Shown here in pieces: positions 1 to 10,257 of a stretch of 64,000 bases of DNA. Numbering within the stretch: position 1 is the first letter of the stretch; each line of letters opens with the position of its first letter. The notes beneath the pieces are model-generated. The model made no database searches, had not been told where the DNA came from, and was given only the letters and a program-made list of their open reading frames with translations. The position numbers and the translations under genes are program-made. The DNA comes from Syntrophales bacterium (GTDB taxonomy: Bacteria; Desulfobacterota; Syntrophia; Syntrophales; UBA2210), in assembly GCA_963662405.2 (NCBI GenBank), contig CAXXKT010000001.1, forward strand, positions 2,624,001-2,688,000. Reading direction: 5' to 3'.

Positions 1-1
1 A

Positions 2-2269
2 GATCGGGTCACGAGCCCCGTTATAACCATTCCTGTCGGTGCCCTCTCCGGCCCTTTCCTGAAGGCGTCCATACCGAGGGTCGTGTTGGATCATATCGAG
101 AAAGGGTCGATGGAGACCCTTTCTCTGTCATTGCGAAATGCCGGTGAGGGGGATCTCGAATGGGAAGTTATCAGCCTGACGCCTTGGTTGATCATAGAGG
201 GTGAATCCCCGGGGAGTGGCCTTGGTGCTGTGCCGGATCTTGAGGATTATCTTTCGGAGAACGGTACGCCGGATGTAGACGAAGCGGGATACGGCCGGTT
301 GCGTGGTATGGGTCCGAAGGAACTGAATATCATCATTGATACGACCGGGGTCCCGGATGGGGAGCACGAAGGAGTCCTTTCCGTACGGTCAAACGGAGGC
401 GATGAACGGATCATCGTTCCGATAACCGTTCTCTCGCTCACCTCCATATCCCTTATACCCGTTTCCGTCACGATGGCGGTGCACGACCGGATATTATTGC
501 GAGCCACCGGTATATGGTCTGATGGATGCCGGACCGATCTTTCAAGCGGATCGGATGGGAGGTGGACAATTTCGGACGAGTCCATGGGTTATTTCCTCCG
601 AAGGTCCCCGGTCTTTATCGCAAGCAAGGCCGGTCAGGTTACAATAAAGAGGGAACGGGGCACTGTCAGCAGTAATGTGGCGATTGTAGCGATTGAAGAG
701 GCCCCTGTCGCCCCTGTACTATTCGTATCGCCCCATGAAGTGGATTTCGGAACGATCGGCCCCGGTGAGATCTCAAAGGGGGATATCGTCCTCCGGAATG
801 TTGGTGGAGCAGGGTTGACCTGGCAGGTATACGGAGTGGGAGACTGGTTCTGTACGGGAGGTGAAGACCTCTCGGGAAGTCCCGGTAGAGCGGAGCGTCG
901 TCTTCATATTCGGATTGAATCCGTGGAAGAGGATGCAGTCTTTGGAGGGGGGCTCTTTCCCGTTCGGATATCACTGGGAACGGGCCGTCACACCGTCTCT
1001 TATGAAAAGTATCTTGCTACGGGTAGTTATAGGGAAGAGCTAAGATTATTATTCAATGGTGGAGAACGCTCGGTCTTTTTGAACTTTGTGGTAGCTGAAA
1101 CAATATCACGGTCCCGCATGGTCATTGAACCCCTCGGGATAGATTTCGGTTACGTCTCCGCAGAGGGAACGCTGGCTCAAAAGATAGAGTTGAAGAACGA
1201 GGCGGAAAAGGTTTTGCGATGGGGTGTTACTGTACAGGGCGGCAGGAAAAGTTTCAGAGGGGTAGCCCTTCCTGAAAAGGGACGGTATATTTCCTTTGCG
1301 AATGAGGCTCTTGCGGGGAAGGCCCGATACCGGGTACCGAAACGTCTGACGGGTAAGGCGGAATTCTCCGGCGAGTGGACGGAAAATGATGGTTATCCCA
1401 GCAGCATATTGGATGATGCTACCGTCCGATATGCCTTCTGGGGGAGTGGCATCACCCTGCAAGCCTGGAAGGGACCGTACGGGGGTATTGCCGAAGTATT
1501 CGTCGATGGTCGCCCTGCCGGTGAGGTCGATCTTGCCTCGGGGAGCAGGGAGCGAGTCGAGTTTACGGCAGCGAAAAACCTCTTTGAGAACGATTCACAC
1601 CTCCTCGTGATTCGGGTCACCGGGGGTGTCATGGAACTTGAAGGGGTCCGGGTATACTCTTCGGACCTTATCACGAATCAGAAGGGGTGGATTACAATAT
1701 CTCCCGAGCGGGGTACGACGACTAATGAGGTGGATTTTATTACCGTCACCGTTACCCCGGAGGGATTGTCACGCGGATCGTACACCGAGAATATCGTATT
1801 TTACTCGGACGAGGGGATCGAGACAGTTAATGTGTCGCTTGATGTGGTAGAAGATAAGCATGCTGAACTAATACAGATATATAGATATATCAGAGGGACG
1901 GACATACGCCTTGCCGCTGAAGGTCCGGGGGAAGAACTCCTCTTACGCGGGTACCGAAAGGATGCCCCCCTTTTCAAGCTTTTCCGGAAGGGCACATCCG
2001 GGACCTCTGAGTTTTTCCAGTGGTATAATCCATCGAAAAGTGCATCTTTCTATTCGTATGATCGCTCGGGCGGGAAACGTTCTCTCGAAGGGTACCTCTT
2101 TAACGGTTCGATCGGCAATATCGCAACGCTGAAACTTCCCCATACCCGGGATCTTTATCGATGGTTCAATCCGCGGACGGCTGCATATGGGTACACCGTT
2201 GATCCCAAGGGCGAAGATTATCAGGATCAGGGGTATCGCTACGATGGCGTTGCGGGGTATGTCAGATAA
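2..2269 (+). CDS. Surface/secreted protein with repeated BACON/Ig-like domains (5'-partial, frame open from window start)
   Basis: Repeated 'L.N.G...L.W' and 'P..IDFG' Ig-like motifs; C-terminal YR.YNP-type repeat domain; host flank. Confidence 0.65.
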   Translation, partial: DRVTSPVITIPVGALSGPFLKASIPRVVLDHIEKGSMETLSLSLRNAGEGDLEWEVISLTPWLIIEGESPGSGLGAVPDLEDYLSENGTPDVDEAGYGRLRGMGPKELNIIIDTTGVPDGEHEGVLSVRSNGGDERIIVPITVLSLTSISLIPVSVTMAVHDRILLRATGIWSDGCRTDLSSGSDGRWTISDESMGYFLRRSPVFIASKAGQVTIKRERGTVSSNVAIVAIEEAPVAPVLFVSPHEVDFGTIGPGEISKGDIVLRNVGGAGLTWQVYGVGDWFCTGGEDLSGSPGRAERRLHIRIESVEEDAVFGGGLFPVRISLGTGRHTVSYEKYLATGSYREELRLLFNGGERSVFLNFVVAETISRSRMVIEPLGIDFGYVSAEGTLAQKIELKNEAEKVLRWGVTVQGGRKSFRGVALPEKGRYISFANEALAGKARYRVPKRLTGKAEFSGEWTENDGYPSSILDDATVRYAFWGSGITLQAWKGPYGGIAEVFVDGRPAGEVDLASGSRERVEFTAAKNLFENDSHLLVIRVTGGVMELEGVRVYSSDLITNQKGWITISPERGTTTNEVDFITVTVTPEGLSRGSYTENIVFYSDEGIETVNVSLDVVEDKHAELIQIYRYIRGTDIRLAAEGPGEELLLRGYRKDAPLFKLFRKGTSGTSEFFQWYNPSKSASFYSYDRSGGKRSLEGYLFNGSIGNIATLKLPHTRDLYRWFNPRTAAYGYTVDPKGEDYQDQGYRYDGVAGYVR

Positions 2270-2293
2270 CATGACGGCTGTCTGCGTTTTATC

Positions 2294-2322
2294 TTGACAA
2301 ACATAGGCAAAGTGAATAAAAG
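2294..2322 (+). promoter_or_regulatory. Putative sigma70 promoter of the tRNA operon
   Basis: TTGACA-N17-TAAAAG about 20 bp upstream of tRNA-Arg. Confidence 0.55.
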
Positions 2323-2342
2323 TTCCTTTTTTTACGAATCAT

Positions 2343-2419
<77 letters not shown>

Positions 2420-2430
2420 TATAGATACGT

Positions 2431-2508
2431 GGTGGGTGTAGCTCAGTTGGTTAGAGTGCCTGGTTGTGGCCCAGGAGGTCGAGGGTTCAAATCCCTTCAC
2501 TCACCCCA
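2431..2508 (+). tRNA. tRNA-His(GTG), copy 1 (probably element-borne)
   Basis: G-1, GTGGGTG/CACTCAC acceptor, anticodon GTG, T stem GAGGG/CCCTT, CCA. Confidence 0.95.
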
Positions 2509-2537
2509 AAACATGCCTTGAAATATCAGGTATTTGA

Positions 2538-2573
2538 TTGAAAAGGGACTCCATGGGGTGAGTCCCTTTTCAA
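2538..2573. terminator. Bidirectional intrinsic terminator after tRNA-His
   Basis: TTGAAAAGGGACTC...GAGTCCCTTTTCAA. Confidence 0.8.
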
Positions 2574-2653
2574 TGTCGATCCGTTACCGGAATCATCGGC
2601 TGGCTATTCCGGACTCTCGCTGCTATTTTCGAGGCGTAGCCCTTCTTTAATTC

Positions 2654-2688
2654 TGACTACAAAATGACTACATTTCGGTGTGACCACA
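2654..2688 (+). repeat. Putative integrase arm-type sites of element 1 (TGACTACA x2, TGACCACA)
   Basis: Same 8-mer recurs at 43937 and 43981 beside the right att. Confidence 0.7.
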
Positions 2689-3133
2689 AAAACGGGAATT
2701 TATATTCTTGATTCCATCCACTCTTTGAATGCACGAGGAACAGACGAAATCTGATCGTCAAGAACCTTTCCCCCATTTTCGTCTATTCGTTCCCAACCAT
2801 CCGGCTCGCGCAGATAAAGTCATATTGGCACAATCAAATCCAAACACAATTCAAATTGCTACCCTCTGAAAAATAATGAAATATAAAAAACACAGTACAA
2901 CGTCGACAAGGAAGAGTACCCTATTGGTTCATCATCAAAATTCATTTTATGAGTCAAAAAGAATAAATACTAAATTATTGAAATTGAGATTATCCAAATC
3001 AAAAATATTGGTTTTATTGCCATGAGGAGTCTTACAATAAATAATAGATACTCAAAAAGATCGCAGGAGGTGAGGGATGTTTTCCATCAGACGAGCGTTC
3101 CTCGATTCCCTGAATCACAACAGGTTGGCCCCC

Positions 3134-5146
3134 TTATGAATGGGGGTACAGGCTCTCGATCTCATCTCGGAAATTTTCCAAAACAACTCTGCGTTTGAGC
3201 TTTAATGTCGGGTTCAATTCACCGGATTCAATGCTGAACGGTCTTCCCAGTATTTTATAGTACTGGATCTGTTCATGGTGAGGCAGGGTTGCGTTGACCT
3301 CATCCACCTGTTTTTTGATCAATGACACAACCGGTTCCTGTGCGACCATCTTTTCATCGGGGCATGCCGCAATGCCGTTATCTTTCAAAAACCGGCGTAC
3401 CGCCTGAAAATCGGGAACGATCAGCGCCGATATATATTTCCTCGCGTCGCCGATGAGACAGGCCTGGTCTATATATGGTTTGGCCGTCACTGCCAGTTCA
3501 ATCGGATGCGGGGCGATATTTTTTCCGCCGGAGGTGACAAAGATTTCCTTTTTCCGGTCGGTTATCATAAGGAATCCTTCCTCATCAAAGCTGCCGATAT
3601 CGCCGGTCTGAAACCACCCGTCTTCGGTGAAGGTCTCGGCAGTTGCCTTGGGCAAATTCCAGTATCCCTGGAAGACCTGGGGGCCCTTGACCAGAATTTC
3701 ACCATCTTCCGCAATTGTTTCTTCCGTCCAGATGACCGGTTTGCCCACGGTGCCAGGCTTGATCTGCAGTTTGTGAGCAACCGTATTATACGCCAGGGCC
3801 AGGGCGAGGACACGGATCGGGCTGGTATAGGGCGATAATCCCCTCGCCTGCTTGGTGACCATCAGATCCACCGTTAAATCGATCATCTTGTTTTTAAACC
3901 ACCCGATCTTACCGACATCGAACCCGCTGGAGAATTCCGGTTCATTGAAGTTGATAACCGGTGCTGTTTCGGTCAGGCCATATCCTTCATTGAGTTGAAT
4001 ACCCAGTGCGCGAATAAAGACACACACATCTTTGGAGAGTTTTCCTCCTCCCGATATTCCCAACACTACACGATCAAGACCGGCCACCTTTCTGATTTTA
4101 TTGAAGACCACCATGTTGGCCAGGGCGAATTGGATTAAATCGAACTGTCCCATCCGCGTGGCGGTCGCCATAGCGTCGGCGTACTTTTCACCAATCCTCA
4201 TCGCCCATGAGAACATGGCTTGAGCGACCTTGTTCTGCCGGGAAATGACGAACCGGGTGGAGTCATATATCTTTTCCCATAACCGGGGGATACTGACAAT
4301 GACATTAGGCCGTACTTCCAGCAGATTTTCCGGTATTCTTTTGAAATCTTCGGCAAAGACGAGGATGCTGCCCTGCCGAAGCGCACCCACATGGTAATCA
4401 CTCGTCCTGCCGAACACATGGCACAGAGGCAGGTGAACGAGGTGCACCATGTGAAGCCCCAGCTCCCGCTGTCGACGAATAAGCGTGGAATTCGAGGACT
4501 GATGCAAGTTGGACACCCAGTTCTTCTGGGTCAGTACGGCACCTTTCGGCTTTCCCGTGGTTCCTGATGTATATATGATGGAAGCGACATCTTCCGGGGC
4601 AACAGCCTGTATCCGCCTCTCCACTTCCCCTTCACTGATTTTTTCTTTCCCCAGGACCATAACATCATCAAAGGTGTAGGCACCTTCAGGTCTGGGGCCA
4701 TCCCAACTACACATGGAGATGACTGCCTCTATCGGAATTCCCTGCGTCCGTGCCTTGAGGGTCATTTCCCCCTTGTCCCGAGTGGAAACGATGACAACCC
4801 TGGCTCCGCTGTCTGCGGTCATATATTCCAATTCTTCCACTGTTGACGAAGGGTACAGGGGAACACCTATCGCACCGCAGGCCTGAATAGCCTGATCGGC
4901 AATGATCCATCTTGGCCTGCTTTCCGAAAAGATGACCACACGATCGCCTGTGCTTACTCCAAGAGAAATCAGTCCACGAGCAAAGGCGATGGCCTCCTCA
5001 CGGGTTTTTTTCCAGCTACGTGAATACCATACACCACCAGGGTCGCCATTCCGATCGAACTTGCCGCGGAGCAGCTCGACTCGATCCCCATAGCAAAGTG
5101 CCTGATTGTGAAAAATCCCGCATATTGGATCCGTCCTGTACATCAT
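3134..5146 (-). CDS. fadD: Long-chain fatty acid--CoA ligase (AMP-dependent synthetase)
   Basis: YTSGTTGKPKG, EGYGLTE, GWFQTGDIG, DRKKE motifs. Confidence 0.9.
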   Translation of the reverse strand: MMYRTDPICGIFHNQALCYGDRVELLRGKFDRNGDPGGVWYSRSWKKTREEAIAFARGLISLGVSTGDRVVIFSESRPRWIIADQAIQACGAIGVPLYPSSTVEELEYMTADSGARVVIVSTRDKGEMTLKARTQGIPIEAVISMCSWDGPRPEGAYTFDDVMVLGKEKISEGEVERRIQAVAPEDVASIIYTSGTTGKPKGAVLTQKNWVSNLHQSSNSTLIRRQRELGLHMVHLVHLPLCHVFGRTSDYHVGALRQGSILVFAEDFKRIPENLLEVRPNVIVSIPRLWEKIYDSTRFVISRQNKVAQAMFSWAMRIGEKYADAMATATRMGQFDLIQFALANMVVFNKIRKVAGLDRVVLGISGGGKLSKDVCVFIRALGIQLNEGYGLTETAPVINFNEPEFSSGFDVGKIGWFKNKMIDLTVDLMVTKQARGLSPYTSPIRVLALALAYNTVAHKLQIKPGTVGKPVIWTEETIAEDGEILVKGPQVFQGYWNLPKATAETFTEDGWFQTGDIGSFDEEGFLMITDRKKEIFVTSGGKNIAPHPIELAVTAKPYIDQACLIGDARKYISALIVPDFQAVRRFLKDNGIAACPDEKMVAQEPVVSLIKKQVDEVNATLPHHEQIQYYKILGRPFSIESGELNPTLKLKRRVVLENFRDEIESLYPHS

Positions 5147-5810
5147 GTCCTCAGTCTTTCTGCCTTGATTATTTGTGATCTCTTTTCATTTCGTTAAATC
5201 CATGTCCCCTCATGAATGTGTAATCGCAGGTTTCACGGGTCACGTTCAATGGAGTCTTTACTACCGACGAACAGCGCTCGGCCATTACTTTCGCTCCTGC
5301 CTCCTTGGCCTGGATCGCAATTTCATATGGCTGATATCAGGGATAAGAAAGTCCTCTGCAGTGATTCTCTCCTGAAGCAGACCCCAGCTCAGAGATACCG
5401 TACGCCCTTCGAAGGCAGGGACGGTCCCCCTGAGCTGATTCGGGGGGTATGGAAGGCATTGCGCTCAACCTACTCTAAAAGATTCATCAGTGTTTTATAA
5501 AAACTATACTTTGTGTTTTTCCTATATGAGACATGGAATAGTGTCAAGAATATATGGCCTGAGCAGATATCGTGCCGTACGTTATTTCCTGACACGGGAA
5601 AAGGCTTCTCTCCGTTCTATCTGGATAGACAGGCTCCGCGGCATCCGATCGCCGACCCCTGCAAAATACCTCCATCGTCTGTTTCCGGTTCCGTAGACTT
5701 TTTGTAAAACGTGTCTATCGGTCGTCGCTGTCTCTGTGCGGTCAGGCAAAAGATGCCGTCATAGTATCTTCCTGATCAACTATGAGGAGCGTAAGATTGA
5801 ATCGATATAG

Positions 5811-5843
5811 AAAAACCCCCGTCTTTTGGGCGGGGGCTTTTTT
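5811..5843. terminator. Intrinsic terminator downstream of small membrane genes
   Basis: AAAAACCCCCGTC-TTTT-GGGCGGGGGCTTTTTT. Confidence 0.7.
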
Positions 5844-5864
5844 CTGGATATTATGGTGTATTCG

Positions 5865-6125
5865 TTACCATCGTTCCTTCTTCTGCCGTTCCATGTTGAG
5901 CTTTGCTTCTCCGTAGAGCCTCCAGATGCACAGGCCGACGGCGAGGAAGAAGAGACCGAACATGAAACTGGGTTCGGTATTGAACCGGGTGTCGATCCAC
6001 CGGCCTGCATAGAGGAACAGAAACGAGGAAGCGACGATCACGAACCCCCATACGCTGATCTGCAATATCTGAGTCAGGTTCGATCTCCAGTTTATCGAGT
6101 GATGGTGGTGATGTGTAGTGATCAT
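5865..6125 (-). CDS. AtpZ/AtpI-family small membrane protein
   Basis: Two TM helices flanking G..ID..F.T.P motif. Confidence 0.65.
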   Translation of the reverse strand: MITTHHHHHSINWRSNLTQILQISVWGFVIVASSFLFLYAGRWIDTRFNTEPSFMFGLFFLAVGLCIWRLYGEAKLNMERQKKERW

Positions 6126-6163
6126 TGTTCGAGTCCTCCTTTCGTAGGGTGTTTACCGTTTCA

Positions 6164-6439
6164 TTAGCTCACGAGGTTTTTGAGCGCGCCCACGACCGGA
6201 GCCGTGAAGAGAGCCACCAGGACGGCGTAGAGTGCGAAAGAGCCGACCGCCTCGCTGAGGTACAGTTTTGAGTACTTGTGTTTCAGAGAGGTGATGATCA
6301 AGCCGCCGACGATGAGGCATCCGAGATGGAAGTAAGGGAAGTTGGCCGCGTTGGTTGCGGTATACTCGGCAAACCCGAAAGAGGCGGTGACGAGCACCAC
6401 GAAAGCCGCCATGATGATTGTCTGTACTGTCCGTTTCAT
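6164..6439 (-). CDS. Small membrane protein with signal peptide, unknown function
   Basis: GGAGG RBS, hydrophobic segments. Confidence 0.7.
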   Translation of the reverse strand: MKRTVQTIIMAAFVVLVTASFGFAEYTATNAANFPYFHLGCLIVGGLIITSLKHKYSKLYLSEAVGSFALYAVLVALFTAPVVGALKNLVS

Positions 6440-6797
6440 GAGTATATCCTCCTTTTTATGTTTCCTTGTTTTCTTTCTTTTGACTTTATACTAATGAAAG
6501 AAGCGTGCCATTTCGCTGACTGGCGGTCAGAATATTTGTAACATATTGAATATGAGAAGGTTGTTGAGGAGAGCGGACTGGCGGAGGGGCACACAACCAT
6601 GCCCGAACAGCGTGCCTGATTAAATGAAACATCAAACCGGGTTGAATGAAATGTTAGAAAAAGAGGGGAATAATAATATCACCGTTTGGACATGAGCCGG
6701 CCGAGGAAACCATACCGAACCAAGCGCTTCCCGGGACGCTAAATATGTCGGCGGCCTGACTGGCATGTTGCCTGATAGCGGCGCAAATAATCGTATC

Positions 6798-7140
6798 GTT
6801 AAGTATTACTGAAAGCAATCTCATAATATTGCTTCAATCGTAATTCTATCAATTACAGGAAGAATGGCGCAGCAAAACATCTGTGCCGCCCCTCTTGCAG
6901 TACAAGTCTCACCTTTTACCAATCCTTAAGGCAGTCTCAGGGGAAAATAACCAATTACCATTTGAAAGTCTCGACGAAAAACTTCTTGACATGACACTGC
7001 CATAGAGTTACGTGGTACAACATGTTTCATTGAAATACCTGTATTATATCTGTTTGTGAATGGCTATAACCAGGAGATGAATATGGTCTGATTATCAAAG
7101 CCCTGTGTCTAATATACAAGAGATGGGGCTTTTGTTTTTT
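6798..7140 (+). repeat. Module leader copy A
   Basis: GTTAAGTATTAC..TACAGGAAGAAT..TTGACA(6986)..ATGGTCTGATTATCAAAGCCC..GGGCTTTTGTTTT. Confidence 0.85.
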
Positions 7141-7241
7141 CCCGCGCGTTTTAATTAATGACACGATTATCAAATCGAAAGCCAATTTTATAATTTATAC
7201 TTCAATCTTTTGGTATTTATTAAAACCATAACAATACCGCG

Positions 7242-7970
7242 ATGTGTGCTGATAAACCCCAAAAACCAATTGCTAAATATGGCAACCATATTACAATTGT
7301 GACTAACAAAAATGGAACATCGTACATTGCCAATATTGAGGCAGAGTATAGGTCCGCACACCAATTAATAAACGCAGCCCGAGTCATGGTTAACTCAGCA
7401 AATGCAATAGATGATGACACTCAGAGCCACTACCAACTGATGGCATACATATACGGGGCAATTATTTTGTCCTATACATCACTCGAAGCCACCCTAAATG
7501 AAATCCTTCACTTGGAGGCACTAAAACCAAACAGCCCGCTTAGTGAAGCAGAAAGAAAAGTATTCTACACCATTGTGAATGAGGGACTGGAAGCTCGTGG
7601 CAGAACCAATACATTGGAGCGATATAATTTGTTGCTGCGCATAATGAACAAGCAGGAAATGGAGGAAGACAGTGCTCCCTATCAGGCAGCAAATCTCGTT
7701 CGCCTTTTACGAAATAAGCTGATTCATCCAATACCCGGGAGAGTGGTAACATTAAGTGAAACAAATGACTTCGATTACTCGACACAGCAAGATATAGTCA
7801 AAAAACTAAGAAGCCATCTCAAGCTTGGCGAAGAGGCTACGTTCCCCTCTGACGTGCTCACAAGGGTTTGTGCCTCATGGGCCGTTAATTCTTGCGAAGC
7901 TTTTCTGCATAAGTTTGTTGTTTCATCAGGGATAAATCCGGGGTTCCACACAGGGCCGAAACGAAAATGA
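7242..7970 (+). CDS. HEPN-like protein
   Basis: Helical, LEA.LNE and RNKLIH (RxxxxH) motif. Confidence 0.6.
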   Translation: MCADKPQKPIAKYGNHITIVTNKNGTSYIANIEAEYRSAHQLINAARVMVNSANAIDDDTQSHYQLMAYIYGAIILSYTSLEATLNEILHLEALKPNSPLSEAERKVFYTIVNEGLEARGRTNTLERYNLLLRIMNKQEMEEDSAPYQAANLVRLLRNKLIHPIPGRVVTLSETNDFDYSTQQDIVKKLRSHLKLGEEATFPSDVLTRVCASWAVNSCEAFLHKFVVSSGINPGFHTGPKRK

Positions 7971-8040
7971 AAAACTACATAAAGTACCACTCTACCCGAT
8001 TGTTATAAGGCCTTGTCGTTTTGCATTATTGAGGAAGTTT

Positions 8041-8742
8041 ATGTCGTTAATAGTAGCTATGCACCTAGGTAATTTTGCTGTAATCGCCGCAGACAGACGC
8101 GTGGTGTCTCAATACGGCAATTCACTGGTGGTAGATCATGACAATGCCGAAAAGATAGTCTATGCGGGTATGGGATTTGTTAGTGGAAGCGGGATAATTG
8201 AGTTGCTTGATTCCGTAATAGAAGCTTTTCTGAATACCAAAATCACCCATACCGACCAAATACTCCAGATCATCACCGAAGAGAGGAAAAAATTCCTATC
8301 CAGACACTTTGCTAACCAAGAATGGGCAAAGCAACAAATACAAAAAACCGGATGGATGTTTACGTACCCAACCGTAATCGATGATCATGCCACTGTCCGC
8401 ATTGCGATGCTCCACGGGTCGTGGGATAGTGACGATCTTGGGTTGCTGTGCAAAGGAATGGCCAAAGTGTTCGCACCAGTTGACGGAACTGGCGAAGAGG
8501 CCCAACGGCTTTCAGACATACTTACTAAGCATCTGAAGACCACAGATGAACTTCCTGACCTTTCTGAAAGTATTTCTTACCATATCCCGTTTCTTCAAAC
8601 ACTGTTCAATCTTGCGTCGGAGAGTTACGACAGTGTGTCCAAGAGTTTCCATATAGCTGTTCATACAAACGATGGACGAATGCTTATTTCTAGTAAGATT
8701 TCTACCAGCTCGGGTAACGTAACATTTGAAGCCAAACCATAG
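8041..8742 (+). CDS. Putative Ntn-hydrolase (proteasome-beta-like) protein
   Basis: N-terminus M-S-LIVAM...VIAADRR, then EKI and SG motifs typical of the proteasome/HslV fold. Confidence 0.55.
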   Translation: MSLIVAMHLGNFAVIAADRRVVSQYGNSLVVDHDNAEKIVYAGMGFVSGSGIIELLDSVIEAFLNTKITHTDQILQIITEERKKFLSRHFANQEWAKQQIQKTGWMFTYPTVIDDHATVRIAMLHGSWDSDDLGLLCKGMAKVFAPVDGTGEEAQRLSDILTKHLKTTDELPDLSESISYHIPFLQTLFNLASESYDSVSKSFHIAVHTNDGRMLISSKISTSSGNVTFEAKP

Positions 8743-8826
8743 CACATAAGAGTGAATCGTCCCTAAAAAGTCGGTAGAATAGGATCCCAGGGCTTTAGAA
8801 AGAGTTGCACTAGTACCATGTAACGT

Positions 8827-9447
8827 TTATAGCTTCGGATAAAGGCGCTTCAACTTAATGCGAGCATCAGGAGTAGTAAATTGCCATACAATGTTTTTCG
8901 CGCTGTTGTTTCGATCTTTTTCCCATGCGGCCACTTCGGTTCGCATGGTCGTTATGTCGGGAATCCGGCGATTAAGGCATTGTCCTTTCAGGGCGCTGAG
9001 CTCGATCTCTGCCATATTCAGCCAGCTTCCGTGTTTAGGCGTATAATGGATATCGAGTCGTTCCGCTAAACGCCTGGCTTCCCCGGGTTTGAATGTTTCG
9101 TAGAGTGAGGCGATTGTATGGGTGTTCAGGTTGTCCATGACCAGACGAACCTTGAGGGCGCTGGGATAGCGTTCATCAAGCATCTGCCTGGTCTGCATCG
9201 CCCAATCCTTTCTTGTTCGATGTTCCGTGATCGCCACATGTCTTCTGCCAGCAAGGGGCTCAACTTCCATAAATATTTCCACTACCCCGTTTCTGACATA
9301 CTCGTCGTCTGTTCGCATCGGCCTTCCCGGTGCGCATGGCATCGGCTCTCGAACTTCACCTATCAGTTGCTTGCAGGATTCATCCATGCAGACAACCGGA
9401 TAGTCGGGATCATAGGGCAGATGATATATCTCCAAAACATCTTCCAT
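8827..9447 (-). CDS. IS630 transposase, DDE part (probably joined to upstream ORF by frameshift at A8 run near 9520)
   Basis: MDE, MDNLNTH, YTPKHGSWLNMAE motifs. Confidence 0.88.
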   Translation of the reverse strand: MEDVLEIYHLPYDPDYPVVCMDESCKQLIGEVREPMPCAPGRPMRTDDEYVRNGVVEIFMEVEPLAGRRHVAITEHRTRKDWAMQTRQMLDERYPSALKVRLVMDNLNTHTIASLYETFKPGEARRLAERLDIHYTPKHGSWLNMAEIELSALKGQCLNRRIPDITTMRTEVAAWEKDRNNSAKNIVWQFTTPDARIKLKRLYPKL

Positions 9448-9452
9448 GCATG

Positions 9453-9959
9453 CTACAAAGGCCGCGCTCCCTTCGGGAGGGATTTTCCAGTATTTGCTGA
9501 TGTGAGGCTTAAGTTCGTTTTTTTTAAAATCCGCTGTACGGTCATGTGTGATACGGAATCGGCAATGCCAAGCTCGACAGCTTTGTCGGCAAGCAATCTG
9601 ACCGTCCAGCGACGATGTCCTTCGGGAGTGTCTGAACAGGCCAATGCGACTAATCGTGCCTCAAATGCACCGTCAAAAATGATGTCTCTCGGAGGCTTTT
9701 CCCGTGCCTTGCGTTCGAGAGCTGCTTCAAGCCCCTCTTCAACAAAGCGCTTTTTGAGATGTTCGATCGAACGGCTCGACACCCCAAGCGCCTCTGCAAC
9801 ATCGGACACGTTCCATGCCGGACCGTCAGAGCCGGCATCGCACAAAAGTAATGCGCGGGCATGGATGAATTTTCGGGCATGGGTCTTTCCTCTATGGGTC
9901 ATTGCCTCAAGCTCTTTGCGTTCTTCTTTGGTAAGGGTTACTCGATATCTTGGCGACAT
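9453..9959 (-). CDS. IS630 transposase, N-terminal HTH part
   Basis: HTH, P.GHRRWTVRLLA motif. Confidence 0.85.
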   Translation of the reverse strand: MSPRYRVTLTKEERKELEAMTHRGKTHARKFIHARALLLCDAGSDGPAWNVSDVAEALGVSSRSIEHLKKRFVEEGLEAALERKAREKPPRDIIFDGAFEARLVALACSDTPEGHRRWTVRLLADKAVELGIADSVSHMTVQRILKKTNLSLTSANTGKSLPKGARPL

Positions 9960-10257
9960 GGCAACCTCCTCTGTTGGTTTGCCGCCAGTCTATCATACCT
10001 TTTATAAATACGAAACATATTATGTTACATGGTACTAGATCACACATACGAAAATAGGATCAAGTATACAAGTTTACTTTGTTCTGATTACCAAAAAAAC
10101 GAACAATAAATCAACTTTAACTGACTCCCTCGATTACAGGAGAATCCCGTGAGAAAAACTATACCGGATATAGCCTTGCCTAGAGCTGGTCGGGCAAATT
10201 TGGACAGGTGCATAAGTGGGAAAGTTGCTCTATAGTGGACGTAAGGAGGAAAGAGAT

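Larger units (their letters stand above)
8813..10035 (-). mobile_element. IS630-family insertion sequence
   Basis: TIR GTACCATGTAAC, flanking TA duplication, split transposase. Confidence 0.92.

Noticed and set aside
2857..2864. TGCTACCC as an element-2 arm site at the far left
   Set aside because: Single 8-mer without the tandem context; about one chance hit is expected in 64 kb
7141..8810. HEPN and Ntn genes (and Gabija) as attC cassettes
   Set aside because: No AAC..GTT hairpin follows them; the attC beside gajB is oriented on the minus strand and belongs to the DUF488 cassette
9118..10038. 306-aa plus-strand ORF
   Set aside because: Antisense to the IS630 transposase
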